In this document: positions 50,701 to 61,994 of the stretch, piece by piece
Position numbering within the stretch: the first letter of the stretch is position 1
How the letters are laid out: the number at the start of each line of letters is the position of its first letter
Assembly: GCA_964187785.1 (NCBI GenBank)
Contig: OZ076409.1
Location: 81,532,001 to 81,596,000, forward strand
Length of the DNA stretch: 64,000 nucleotides
Reading direction: 5' to 3'
DNA from: Amphiscolops sp. MND2022
Taxonomy: Eukaryota
Notes under the pieces: model-generated
Told to the model about the DNA's origin: nothing
The model's input: only the letters and a program-made list of their open reading frames with translations
Databases searched by the model: none
Translations under genes and position numbers: made by a program

Positions 50701-53700
50701 TTTTCGGTAAATCTTGTTAAAAAACGCTTCTTTTCAGATCAATTTTAGAGAAAATGTAGAATAGTTTTTGTTTGTATCTAGATTAATGCCTCGTCCGATT
50801 CCGAACTAAATTCTGCATCTATATGGTCTAATAACTATGAATCGTACTGTAGTTTTGCTGATTTCATGTCTTATTATCGAGAAATCTTGTTACAAAACGC
50901 TTTTCAGATCAATTTTAGAGAAAATGTAGAATTGTTCTTGTTTGTATCTAGATTAATGCCTCGTCCGATTCGGAACTAAATTCTGCATCTATATGGTCTA
51001 ATAACTATGAATCGTACTGGAGTTTTGCTGATTTCATGTCTTTTTCGGTAAATATTGTTAAAAAACGCTTCTTTTCAGATCAATTTTAGAGAAAATGTAG
51101 AATTGTTCTTGTTTGTATCTAGATTAATGCCCCGTCCGATTCCGAACTAAATTCTGCATCTATATGGTCTATTAACTATGAATCGTACTGTAGTTTTGCT
51201 GATTTCATGTCTTTTTTGGTAAATCTTGTTAAAAAACGCTTCTTTTCAGATCAATTTTAGAGAAAATGTAGAATTGTTTTTGTTTGTATCTAGATTAATG
51301 CCTCGTCCGATTCCGAACTAAATTCTGCATCTATATGGTCTAATAACTATGAATCGTACTGTAGTTTTGCTGATTTCATGTCTTTTTCGGTAAATCTTGT
51401 TAAAAAACGCTTCTTTTCAGATCAATTTTAGAGAAAATGTAGAATTGTTCTTGTTTGTATCTAGATTAATGCCTCGTCCGATTCCGAACTAAATTCTGCA
51501 TCTATATGGTCTAATAACTATGAATCGTACAGTAGTTTTGCTGATTTCATGTCTTATTTTCGAGAAATCTTGCTATAAAACGCTTTTCAGATCAATTTTA
51601 GAGAAAATGTAGAATTGTTCTTGTTTGTATCTAGATTAATGCCTCGTCCGATTCCGAACTAAATTCTGCATCTATATGGTCTAATAACTATGAATCGTAC
51701 TGTAGTTTTGCTGATTTCATGTCTTTTTTGGTAAAGCTTGTTAAAAAACGCTTCTTTTCAGATCAATTTTAGAGAAAATGTAGAATTGTTCTTGTTTGTA
51801 TCTAGATTAATGCCTCGTCCGATTCCGAACTAAATTCTGCATCTATATGGTCTAATAACTATGAATCGTACTGTAGTTTTGCTGATTTCATGTCTTTTTT
51901 GGTAAAGCTTGTTAAAAAACGCTTCTTTTCAGATCAATTTTAGAGAAAATGTAGAATTGTTCTTGTTTGTATCTAGATTAATGCCTCGTCCGATTCCGAA
52001 CTAAATTCTGCATCTATATGGTCTAATAACTATGAATCGTACTGTAGTTTTGCTGATTTCATGTCTTTTTCGGTAAATCTTGTTAAAAAACGCTTCTTTT
52101 CAGATCAATTTTAGAGAAAATGTAGAATTGTTCTTGTTTGTATCTAGATTATTGCCTCGTCCGATTCCGAACTAAATTCTGCATCTATATGGTCTAATAA
52201 CTATGAATCGTACTGTAGTTTTGCTGATTTCATGTCTTTTTCGGTAAATCTTGTTAAAAAACGCTTCTTTTCAGATCATTTTTAGAGAAAATGTAGAATT
52301 GTTCTTGTTTGTATCTAGATTAATGCCTCGTCCGATTCCGAACTAAATTCTGCATCTATATGGTCTAATAACTATGAATCGTACTGTAGTTTTGCTGATT
52401 TCATGTCTTATTTTTGAGAAATCGTGTTACAAAACGCTTTTCAGATCAATTTTAGAGAAAATGTAGAACTGTTCTTGTTTGTATCTAGATTAATGCCTTG
52501 TCCGATTCCGAACTAAATTCTGCATCTATATGGTCTAATAACTATGAATCGTACTGTAGTTTTGCTGATTTTATGTTTTTTTTCGAGAAATCTTGTTACA
52601 AAACGCTTTTCAGATCACATTTAGAGAAAATGTAGAATCATTCTAGTTTGTATCTAGATCAATGCCTGGTCCGATTCCGAACTAAATTCTGCGTCTATAT
52701 GGTCTGATACCTATGAATCGTACTGTAGTTTTGCTGATTTCATGTCTTTTTCGGTAAATCTTGTTAAAAAACGCTTCTTTTCAGATCAATTTTAGAGAAA
52801 ATGTAGAATTGTTCTTGTTTGCATCTAGATTAATGCCTCGTCCGATTCCGAACTAAATTCTGCATCTATATGGTCTAATAACTATGAATCGTACTGTAGT
52901 TTTGCTGATTTGATGTCTTTTTCGGTAAATCTTGTTAAAAAACGCTTCTTTTCAGATCAATTTTAGAGAAAATGTAGAATTGTTCTTGTTTGTATCTAGA
53001 TTAATGCCTCGTCCGATTCCGAACTAAATTCTGCATCTATATGGTCTAATAACTATGAATAGTACTGTAGTTTTGCTGATTTCATGTCTTATTTTCGAGA
53101 AATCTTGTTACAAAACGCTTTTCAGATCAATTTTAGAGAAAATGTAGAATTGTTCTTGTTTGTATCTAGATTAATGCCTCGTCCGATTCCGAACTAAATT
53201 CTGCATCTATATGGTCTAATAACTATGAATCGTACTGTAGTTTTGCTGATTTCATGTCTTTTTCGGTAAATCTTGTTAAAAAACGCTTCTTTTCAGATCA
53301 ATTTTAGGGAAATTGTAGAATTGTTCTTGTTTGTATCTAGATAAATGCCTCGTCCGATTCCGAACTAAATTTTGCATCTATATGGTCTAATAACTATGAA
53401 TCGTACTGTAGTTTTGCTGATTTCATGTCTTTTTCGGTAAATCTTGTTAAAAAACGCTTCTTTTCAGATCAATTTTAGAGAAAATGTAGAATTGTTCTTG
53501 TTTGTGTCTAGATTATTGCCTCGTCCAATTCCAAACTAAATTCTGCATCTATATGGTCTAATAACTATGAATCGTACTGTAGTTTTGCTGATTTCATGTC
53601 TTTTCCGGTAAATCTTGTTAAAAAACGCTTCTTTTCAGATCATTTTTAGAGAAAATGTAGAATTGTTCTTGTTTGTATCTAGATTAATGCCTCGTCCGAT

Positions 53701-54692
53701 TCCGAACTAAATTCTGCATCTATATGGTCTAATAACTATGAATCGTACTGTAGTTTTGCTGATTTCATGTCTTACTTTCGAGAAATCTTGTTACAAAACG
53801 CTTTTCAGATCAATTTTAGAGAAAATGTAGAATTGTTCTTGTTTGTATCTAGATTAATGCCTCGTCCGATTCCGAACTAAATTCTGCATCTATATGGTCT
53901 AATAACTATGAATCGTACTGTAGTTTTGCTGATTTCATGTCTTTTTCGGTAAATCTTGTTAAAAAACGCTTCTTTTCAGATCAATTTTAGAGAAAATGTA
54001 GAATTGTTCTTGTTTGTATCTAGATTAATGCCTCGTCCGATTCCGAACTAAATTCTGCATCTATATGGTCTAATAACTATGAATCGTACTGTAGTTTTGC
54101 TGATTTCATGTCTTTTTCGGTAAATCTTGTTAAAAAACGCTTCTTTTCAGATCAATTTTAGAGAAAATGTAGAATTGTTCTTGTTTGTATCTAGATTATT
54201 GCCTCGTCCAAGTCCGAACTAAATTCTGCATCTATATGGTCTAATAACTATGAATCATACTGTAGTTTTGCTGATTTCATGTCTTTTCCGGTAAATCTTG
54301 TTAAAAAACGCTTCTTTTCAGATCATTTTTAGAGAAAATGTAGAATTGTTCTTGTTTGTATCTAGATTAATGCCTCGTCCGATTCCGAACTAAATTCTGC
54401 ATCTATATGGTCTAATAACTATGAATCGTACTGTAGTTTTGCTGATTTCATGTTTTTTTTTCGAGAAATCTTGTTACAAAACGCTTTTCAGATCAATTTT
54501 AGAGAAAATGTAGAATTATTCTAGTTTGTATCTAGATCAATGCCTCGTCCAATTCCGAACTGAATTCTGCATCTATATGGCCTAATACCTATGAATCGTA
54601 CTGTAGTTTTGCTGATTCCATGTCTTTTTTCGAGAAATCTTGTTACAAAACGCTCCTTTTCAGATCAATGTTAGAGAAAATGTAGAATTATT
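38780..54692. repeat. Satellite DNA array, 170/171-bp monomer, ~93 copies, highly homogeneous
   Basis: TCTAGA recurs at 39003, 39174, 39344, 39514, 39685 and onward. There are two monomer types: 171 bp (...TTCGGTAAATCTTGTTAAAAAACGCTTCTTTTCAG) and 170 bp (...TTCGAGAAATCTTGTTACAAAACGCTTTTCAG). Confidence 0.98.
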
Positions 54693-55019
54693 CACATTCA
54701 CGCGATCTCACAGTCAGTTTCTTTATTTGATTTTAATGTTGAAAACGAACCCATTTTGGCACTTCCTCCTCTATCAGATATCATGGATCTTCGTCACCAA
54801 TCAAGTGCCATGTGTATCATCATCATGTTGGAGGGAGAAGACACACACCCGTGGTCTGCATCGAACGTAGCGAACCCCATACTAGCCACTATCCCAGTAG
54901 ACCAGTTGGCGCTTCCTCAGATGGATTGGAAACTTTAGAGAGCTAAGGCTGATGTCCTCAGAAAACGATCCAGAAAGCATTCATGGGAAACCAGGTGTTG
55001 TGGAAGACTCAGTTTTAGA

Positions 55020-55170
55020 CGTCTTTTCAAATCAATTTTAGAGAAAATATTTGAGTTATTCTAGTTTGTATCTGGATCAATGCTTCGCCCGATTTCGAAC
55101 TGGATTCTGCACTTATATGGTCTAATATCAATGAATCGTACTGTAGTTTTGCTGATTTCATGTCTTTTTG
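55020..55170. repeat. Detached, diverged satellite monomer
   Basis: Matches the array consensus and carries the same variants as the first monomer at ~38785. Confidence 0.9.
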
Positions 55171-55215
55171 GTTCAATTATTTATTTAATATAGAATGGTT
55201 GAAGTAGTAGTAGTC

Positions 55216-56700
55216 TACGCTTAGTAGTTATATCATCTTCACCCCGAGAAGAATTGAAGGCGTTATAAACTGGTACAGTGAATAATTGTGCGCTGAATAA
55301 TGATTAAACAGGAGTGTATTGATATTCCAGATTTGATTCTATTATTAAAAATGAAAGATAGAAGGGAGGGTGCTGATATTCCAGTTGTGATTCTATTATG
55401 GAAAATGAAAGATAAAAGCAGAAATAATCGCATGTCCCGGCGGGGCCTATTTTAAGATCAATCAGAGTTCTGACACCGCCAATTAGCGAATTAGTGGCCG
55501 CGCTAATTTTTTCAACGGTTTTATTGGGATTCAAATGAGCGGCAACTAATAAACTGTTTAAATTCAAATTTTCCTCTGAGGATGCACGGAATTTTGAAAT
55601 GAATTTCAAAAAATTTCAACTCTTACCCTTGTATTTTTTCGGAAATATTGAATTAGGTTATCATTTAATTTTCAAATATACTTGAAGTCAAACGTCCGAA
55701 GAAAATTTTTCAGCGAAATAGCTATTTCGAAATTAGCGGTTTTTCGATAACGAAAAAAAGTAGCCATGTCAAAACCATGTGCTCAATTTTTTTACAACTA
55801 ATCGCTCAAATGGCGTCTTTTGAATTAAATACAGAAGAAAACATGTGACAAATACATTAACTCCTGGGGTTATGTCGACATTTCCTGTTGTTGAAGAAAA
55901 TACTAGATAGAATCGGTGTAAATCTACGCCCTGTGTGAGTCTCATAAGTATCAAAATATAAATCATAGTATATGAAGAGAAACTATAAATGAGCCGGGAA
56001 CGGCGAAAGTCGGCGCCCCGCTCAATGTTCAAATAGAGTAAATTGTTATAACACTTTGATTTTTTTGTCGAACTTAGTGTCCTAAAACTTAAAATACCCA
56101 AAGGGATACATACGACTCAAAAACAGAACCCCTTTCAATTATCTCTGCGATAGCAGGAATAGTATAGAACCTGGAAGGAGAAGTTTATTTCAGCCGAGTT
56201 TGTTTGTTATATGAGTACCCTCGGAAAAGATTAAGACATTTCGTTCGTAATTGATTGTAACTGAGATTTAAGTTTCTTCTTAAACAGTTGGTTTATCAAG
56301 TTCTCGTTCGATGTAACGAGCGAGTGTTAATTATGCATTTGTACACCGAATTTATTGAGATAAGTTAATGAGTGTTAATGATTCGTCCGCCGAGATCGTC
56401 TGCAATTCAAGTGCGAATTCGAAACTTCATATACGCTTAGTTATAATTTCTCAGGGTGGTCCGAGAAGAATTAAAGTCGGTGTAAACTGGTACAGTGATT
56501 AATTGTGCGCTATATACTGATTGAACAGGGTGTATAGTTATTTTAGATATGCTTCTATTGTTAAACATGAAAGTCTAAAGCAGAAATAACACTGCCCCGC
56601 AGGGGCCTATTTTCCGAAATTCCGGATATACTTTTGTTGAACATGAAAACCCAAAAGAAGAAAAAATACTGCGCCCCGCAGGGGCCTATTTTCCGAATAT
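55216..56700. repeat. Pair of diverged ~200-240 bp direct repeats ending in GCCCCGCAGGGGC-type hairpins
   Basis: CCGAGAAGAATT...AAACTGGTACAGTGA...AAAGCAGAAATAA...GGGGCCTATTTT occurs at 55244-55452 and 56461-56632, with a partial third end at ~56670-56695. A HINE-like end (55991-56016) lies between the repeats. Confidence 0.75.
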
Positions 56701-57244
56701 AGCGTTCTCAGGGGGCAATATATTATACTAAACTAGAATTTCCAGGCCTCAGGAAAGTACTAAAGGGTTCATTTTTGATCATCATTTATTTTACCTTTTA
56801 GTTGTAAACAGTTCTTAATGTCATTATTTTTGCACCTATAATATCTCCTAGGGAAAGCCTCCTTTAGGCTGCCCGGTGGGTAACTTTGGTGAATTGACTT
56901 TTTCATGAGTTGCACATCCAAGTGTTTCTTTAAGTTTTGATTCCAAAGGTTTCTCAACTTTCGTGAAGCAGTTTCCAGTTGAAGATAAATTGTTTTCGAG
57001 TTTGATGCGTATCTTTTCGGGTATTTTTTGGCGCTGTAAAATTGATGAGGTAAAACCTTGAGAAGTGTCGTCTTGGGCTGTTCACGATTTGTTTTGAATT
57101 GATACGGCTGCTTAACCCCTGATTGTCCGTATGATTTAGTTTATTTGGTTTTCTCTTTGAAAGTTCGCAACTCTCTTCGCAAATGTTTGCGAAGCACGGC
57201 TGCGCCTCGTGTTCAAAATAGTTCTTTACTTCAGGTGCAATTGA

Positions 57245-57829
57245 ATGAGTTACTCTAAGAAACATGAGCGTTTCTCCGCACGTCAGCAACAGGGGTCGGT
57301 GGAGTTACACAGTGGCAGAACAATGTTCTGGAATTTCTTCGACAATGACGTCAAAATTGACATAGCTTTGATAGGAGATTCTTTATTGCGCGACATTTGC
57401 ACCAACGGAATGTGCGTTTATAGCATCCCCGGTGAAGTTGTTGAAGACTTCTTGGCACCAGATGTTCTGGACCATTTATTCTGCTACAAAATAGTCATTC
57501 TAGGTAGCATTGGTGGGAACAATATCACAACTCGGAGCGGCAAGGGTGCTGAAAAACCTGATGATGTTCTGAAGAAAACAAAGTTACTGGTCGGCCTGTT
57601 GAGTGAGAAGAACATCACAGTCATTGTGAACACACTCACTCAACGGCACGGTGGCCATGATTGGATAACAGAATATAACCAGCTACTTCTGGCGTCCGAG
57701 TTGATATCACATAAGGTTCGTGGGAAACTTTATTCCCTGGACTGCTGGCAAGATGACAGAGTTCATTTGACGTTGAAGGGCCGAAGAGACTTCTGCAAGA
57801 GTCTGAAAGAACTTCAAAAAAGTTTTTAG
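57245..57829 (+). CDS. SGNH/GDSL hydrolase-fold protein
   Basis: All four blocks are present: IALIGDSL, SIPG, SIGGNNI, DRVHLT. Intact 194-aa ORF. Confidence 0.85.
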   Translation: MSYSKKHERFSARQQQGSVELHSGRTMFWNFFDNDVKIDIALIGDSLLRDICTNGMCVYSIPGEVVEDFLAPDVLDHLFCYKIVILGSIGGNNITTRSGKGAEKPDDVLKKTKLLVGLLSEKNITVIVNTLTQRHGGHDWITEYNQLLLASELISHKVRGKLYSLDCWQDDRVHLTLKGRRDFCKSLKELQKSF

Positions 57830-58882
57830 ATTCATAAATTCCACTGTTTTGTTACTGCGGGTTTTAACAAAACATTTCAACACTCGCTAAAATTGAGTTT
57901 CTCTCCCACATGGACAGGTTTTCAATGTTTCGTTTTTGTGATGAAAATTTACAACGGAACTTGGTTCCGAACTTTTCAGCCTAGTTGAAGTGTATTGCTC
58001 GGTATTCCATTAATCTGCTGAATGAACTCTATCGATTAGACTTTTGCTACTTTTAAATTATCTTGATGTGACATTGAATGCTTGAAGTTTTAGGTTGCAT
58101 CAGTAGTATCTCCTCAGAGATTGTTGTTGTTTTTCACTTAAGTATATCTGTACGTTTTCTCCAATCTTTCATGCTTCACATTTTATTGGTCACAGTCAAT
58201 TAATGGAGCAGTCCCTTCAATTTGATCCTCATCTATTGTGCCTTTTATTTGTAAACAGTTAGTCTCATAATATTATTTCTGCACATATAATATTTCGTAG
58301 GGAAAGCCTCCTTTAGGCTGCCCGGTTTTTAAATTTAGGTGAATTGGTTTTTTCATGTGTTGCATATCCAAGCGTTTCTTTAAGTTTTCATTCCAAAGGT
58401 TTCTCAACTTTCGTAGAGCAGTTTCTCTAACCTAAAATGTTTAATTTTATACTAACCATTTGTATACAAGGCTTCGTTATTTCAATTGCTTCAATAGTTT
58501 CTTTGAAGGGAGAGCCTCTATTAGGCTGCCCTCCTACTTGATCCCTGAGGTGAATTTGTTTTTTATAATTGTTGTTGAAGTTATTCTTATTCTCCAGTGC
58601 TTATCCTTGATAAATGAATTTTTCTTCTCGTTAATAGTTTTTGAATGAGTTCGGTAATATCCATTCGTTTTTGCATGAAAACAGTTTACATTGAACAGAG
58701 CCCATTGAGATAAACAACAACCAAATATAACGTATACTCGTGACATAACACTACTTGACATTCTTTCAGAAGTTCGTTGACATTGAGGGTCGATGGGTGA
58801 CAAGAGACAGAGAAAAGCATTAAGTCAAGACAATTCGTGTTTCGAGGAGTTTCAAAACTTCCTCATAGCAAAAGCCGCATCT

Positions 58883-59840
58883 ATGAGATGGCTCTTTTTA
58901 TGCGCTCAGGCCAAACAGACATTTGTCCTATCACACAACCACCGTGCATGGCCTTCCGAGTTGACATTGGAAGAGAAAATTAATATGAAGCCTCATTCTG
59001 TCGTGAACATTGTTGAGCAGGGAAATGAGTATATCTGCTCTCTTGTTTCTTCGGGACCGTATACAAAGATCAAGGATGATCAGCGGCTCTGCTATGAACG
59101 GCTGAGTCAGGCTGATGAGACGCTTCAGGATATCTTTCTCGACAGCAGCTCTACAACCCAACAAGTTGCTTTAGAACCTGAGCGTCCTTCAACACAAGTT
59201 GAATTGCCTGCTGTGACACTCGGAATTTCTCCCCATCATATGCTCCAGAGTCAGTCGCCGCGAGCTGTCAGTTGCTCCCCCAATTGCAGTCTACCCCTAT
59301 TCTCAGTGCTGATGCCAGCCTAGTAATACAGCAACAGCAAGATTTCATGCAAAAAGTACTACACCAACAAGAAACATTGACAACAGGTTTGTTGAAACAA
59401 AACAAAACTCTCTGCAGGAGCGTCAATCGTTTAATGGCTATCATTGAAACGAATCATTTAAACCAAGAGTGTCAAGATGATGAACAGCCTTCCGAGACTC
59501 TTGACGAGGCTTTTTCTCATGAAGGTAAAATTTGCTTGACATTCCCAAAGAAAAGGTGGCCTCTCTATTCGGTCGCAATCTGGCTCGTGTTCTTTTCGGC
59601 AATGAAGAGAATTGCCAGCTAATCAAGGCAATGATATCTCCGGGGAAAGGTCAGAAAAACGTTCGGACAAAATGTTGGGACAGTAAGAAAGAAAAATTTG
59701 CCAAAGTTGTCAAGACGAAATACGCTAAGAATCCCGAAACGGCATATGTTGCCGCTCGCGAAGGCTCAAATCAAATGGGTCGTGAGTTAATAGTCAAATA
59801 TCCTAACCGGGTTGAAAAGTCTAGCTCTACCTTGGTTTGA
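58883..59840 (+). pseudogene. BEN-domain-like protein with a coiled coil, broken by two frameshifts
   Basis: Overlapping ORFs 58793-59323, 59272-59622 and 59532-59840. The Q-rich coiled coil (QQQQDFMQKVLHQQE...LCRSVNRLMAII) is followed by the C-terminal SLFGRNLARVLFGNEE...AREGSNQMGREL, which fits the BEN pattern. Confidence 0.6.
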
Positions 59841-60995
59841 TCGGGAGGTTTCTTCTGGAATCCTCAACCTCATGAGGAGAACCCCATTTTAGGTTGCCTC
59901 GTCAGTATTCTGTGAACCCTACAAGGTTTTCTGTTCTACACTTGGAAAATGTCTATATGTATTTTTTAAAGTAAAAAGACATGTCCTCGTTCTTTCCTTT
60001 TGTGATCAACAATTACAACGGAATTTGGTTCCGAACTTTTCAGCCTAGTTGAAGTGCATTGCTCGTTGTTCATTATTCTGCTGATTGAACTCTATCGATC
60101 AGACTTTTGCTACTTTTAACTCATCTTGGTGTGACATTGAATGCTTGAAGTTTTAAGTTGTACCAGTATTATCTCCTCAGAGATAGCCTGTTTTAGCCTG
60201 CTTGTTGTTTTTCACTTAAGTATATCTGTACGTTTTTCAAATCTTTCATGCTTCATGATTTATTGGTCACAATCAACCACTGGAGCAGGTCCTTCAATTT
60301 GATCCTCATCTGTTGTGCCTTTTGTTTGTAAACAGTTAATCTCATATTGTTTCTGCACCTATAATATCTCGTAGGGAAAGCCTCCTTTAGGCTGCCCGGT
60401 TTTTAATTTTAAGTGAATTGGTTTTTTCATGTGTTGCACATCCAAGCGTTTCTTTAAGTTTTCATTCCAAAGGTTTCTCAACTTTCGTGGAGCAGTTTCT
60501 ATAACTTAAAATGTTCCATTTTATACTAACCATTTGTATACAAGGGTTCGATGTTTCAATTGCTTCAATAGTTTCTTTGAAGGGAGAGCCTCTATTAGGC
60601 TGCCCACTTACTTTATCCCTGAGGTGAATCTGTGTTTTATAATTGTTGTTGAAATTATTCTTATTCTCAAGAAGCTTTTCCTTGATAATTGAGTTTTTCT
60701 TGTTAATCGATTTTGAATGAGTTCGTTAATTTCCATTCGTTTTGACATCCAAACGTTTCTTGACCAATTTTCATCTCAACGGTTTCTGAACTTGCATGAA
60801 GCAGATTCTTTAGTTTCGAAACGTTCCTTTTTTCAGCCAACCGTTTGTGTACAAAGCTTCGATGTTTCAATTGCTTTAATGTTGTTACTGATAATTTTGT
60901 TTGAAATAAAGGCTTCATTTCATTCTCTTACTGTTCAAAAACAAAACATTAAGCATAGCCCTATCCTAATTCACTTCCTTCGAACTATTTTTCAG

Positions 60996-61606
60996 ATTAC
61001 GCTGATGTTTTATTGATGCAGGCTTTTCATTCTCAACCGTACCGCATACTCGCTGAATGCGACGGTCATCTTTTCCGGAGCACATATGAGTTACCTGATC
61101 GTTCTCATACTACTTTCTTCCGTCTTCTTAACGGTAAATTTTACATGAACCTTCTCAGGAACAAAAAAGCAGCTCGTTTGAATCATATACTGAAGAAAAC
61201 ATACGAAGAAGGTGAAAAATGTGGGGTAAAGTTTGCAGAGGATGACTACAATGGTTATGGAAGCTTCAACGCCACAACGACCAATTTGAACCCTAAGCAA
61301 GATTTTTCCTTGATTGGGCTTCTGGCGAAGCTACCCGCATTTGAAGAAGATAATTGTGAGCTGTCTGTGTTCCGCAAAACACGCAGATGTAGTTACAGTC
61401 AGCTTATGGTAGGTCCTGCTAGGTTTGTTAATCATGGGTGCGAGCCGAATGCCGTTTATTCCGCTGGTTTCTTTGAAGGACATAAGTGTGTTAAAATTGA
61501 ATTTACAAAAACTATTAGGCCTGGTGAAGAAATTGTTGTGCGCTACGCACATGACTACTTTGGGGAAGATAACATCGACTGCAGATGGTGGTGTCCGAGG
61601 GCGTGA
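60996..61606 (+). CDS. SET-domain histone lysine methyltransferase, SUV4-20/KMT5B/Set9-like (copy 1)
   Basis: LIGLLAKL...LSVFRKTRR...QLMVGPARFVNHGCEPNA...IRPGEEIVVRYAHDYFGEDNIDC matches the SUV4-20 signature QLWLGPAAFINHDC...PGEEISCYYGDGFFGENN (recalled). An upstream acceptor TTTTTCAG| lies at 60995. The post-SET cysteine cluster is damaged (CRWWC). Confidence 0.9.
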
Positions 61607-61994
61607 AATTCACGAATCAATTAATCAAGCAACGAAGTCGAATTCAACAGCATCTGTCACCAGAAAAAGCTTCAACAGAACTCCCTCGCTACTTGCTGCT
61701 CATGACGTGATTGCTAGCAAGAGAAGGCGAAAGGTTCTCTATGTAGAATCTGACACGTCTTCCGACCAGGGTTATCGGATTAGAAATCAAATCTTTTCAT
61801 TAAAAAAAACATTGTTTTCATCGTGAATCAGCTTTTCATTTCCTTCAAAAAATGAGAAAGTAATCGAACCTTTCGTCGTTGCTTTAATTGTCTCAAAGAG
61901 AGACAAAAGCAAAAATTGTCTTGAGCTGAAAATTAAATAGTTTGCTTTTGAATGACAATAGAATGTTATTTAATTTCCGGAAACCCCTTTCTAG

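Noticed and set aside
38780..54692. CRISPR array or primate alpha satellite
   Set aside because: There are no unique spacers (whole monomers repeat). The 171-bp length equals that of alpha satellite, but I see no sequence similarity or CENP-B box.
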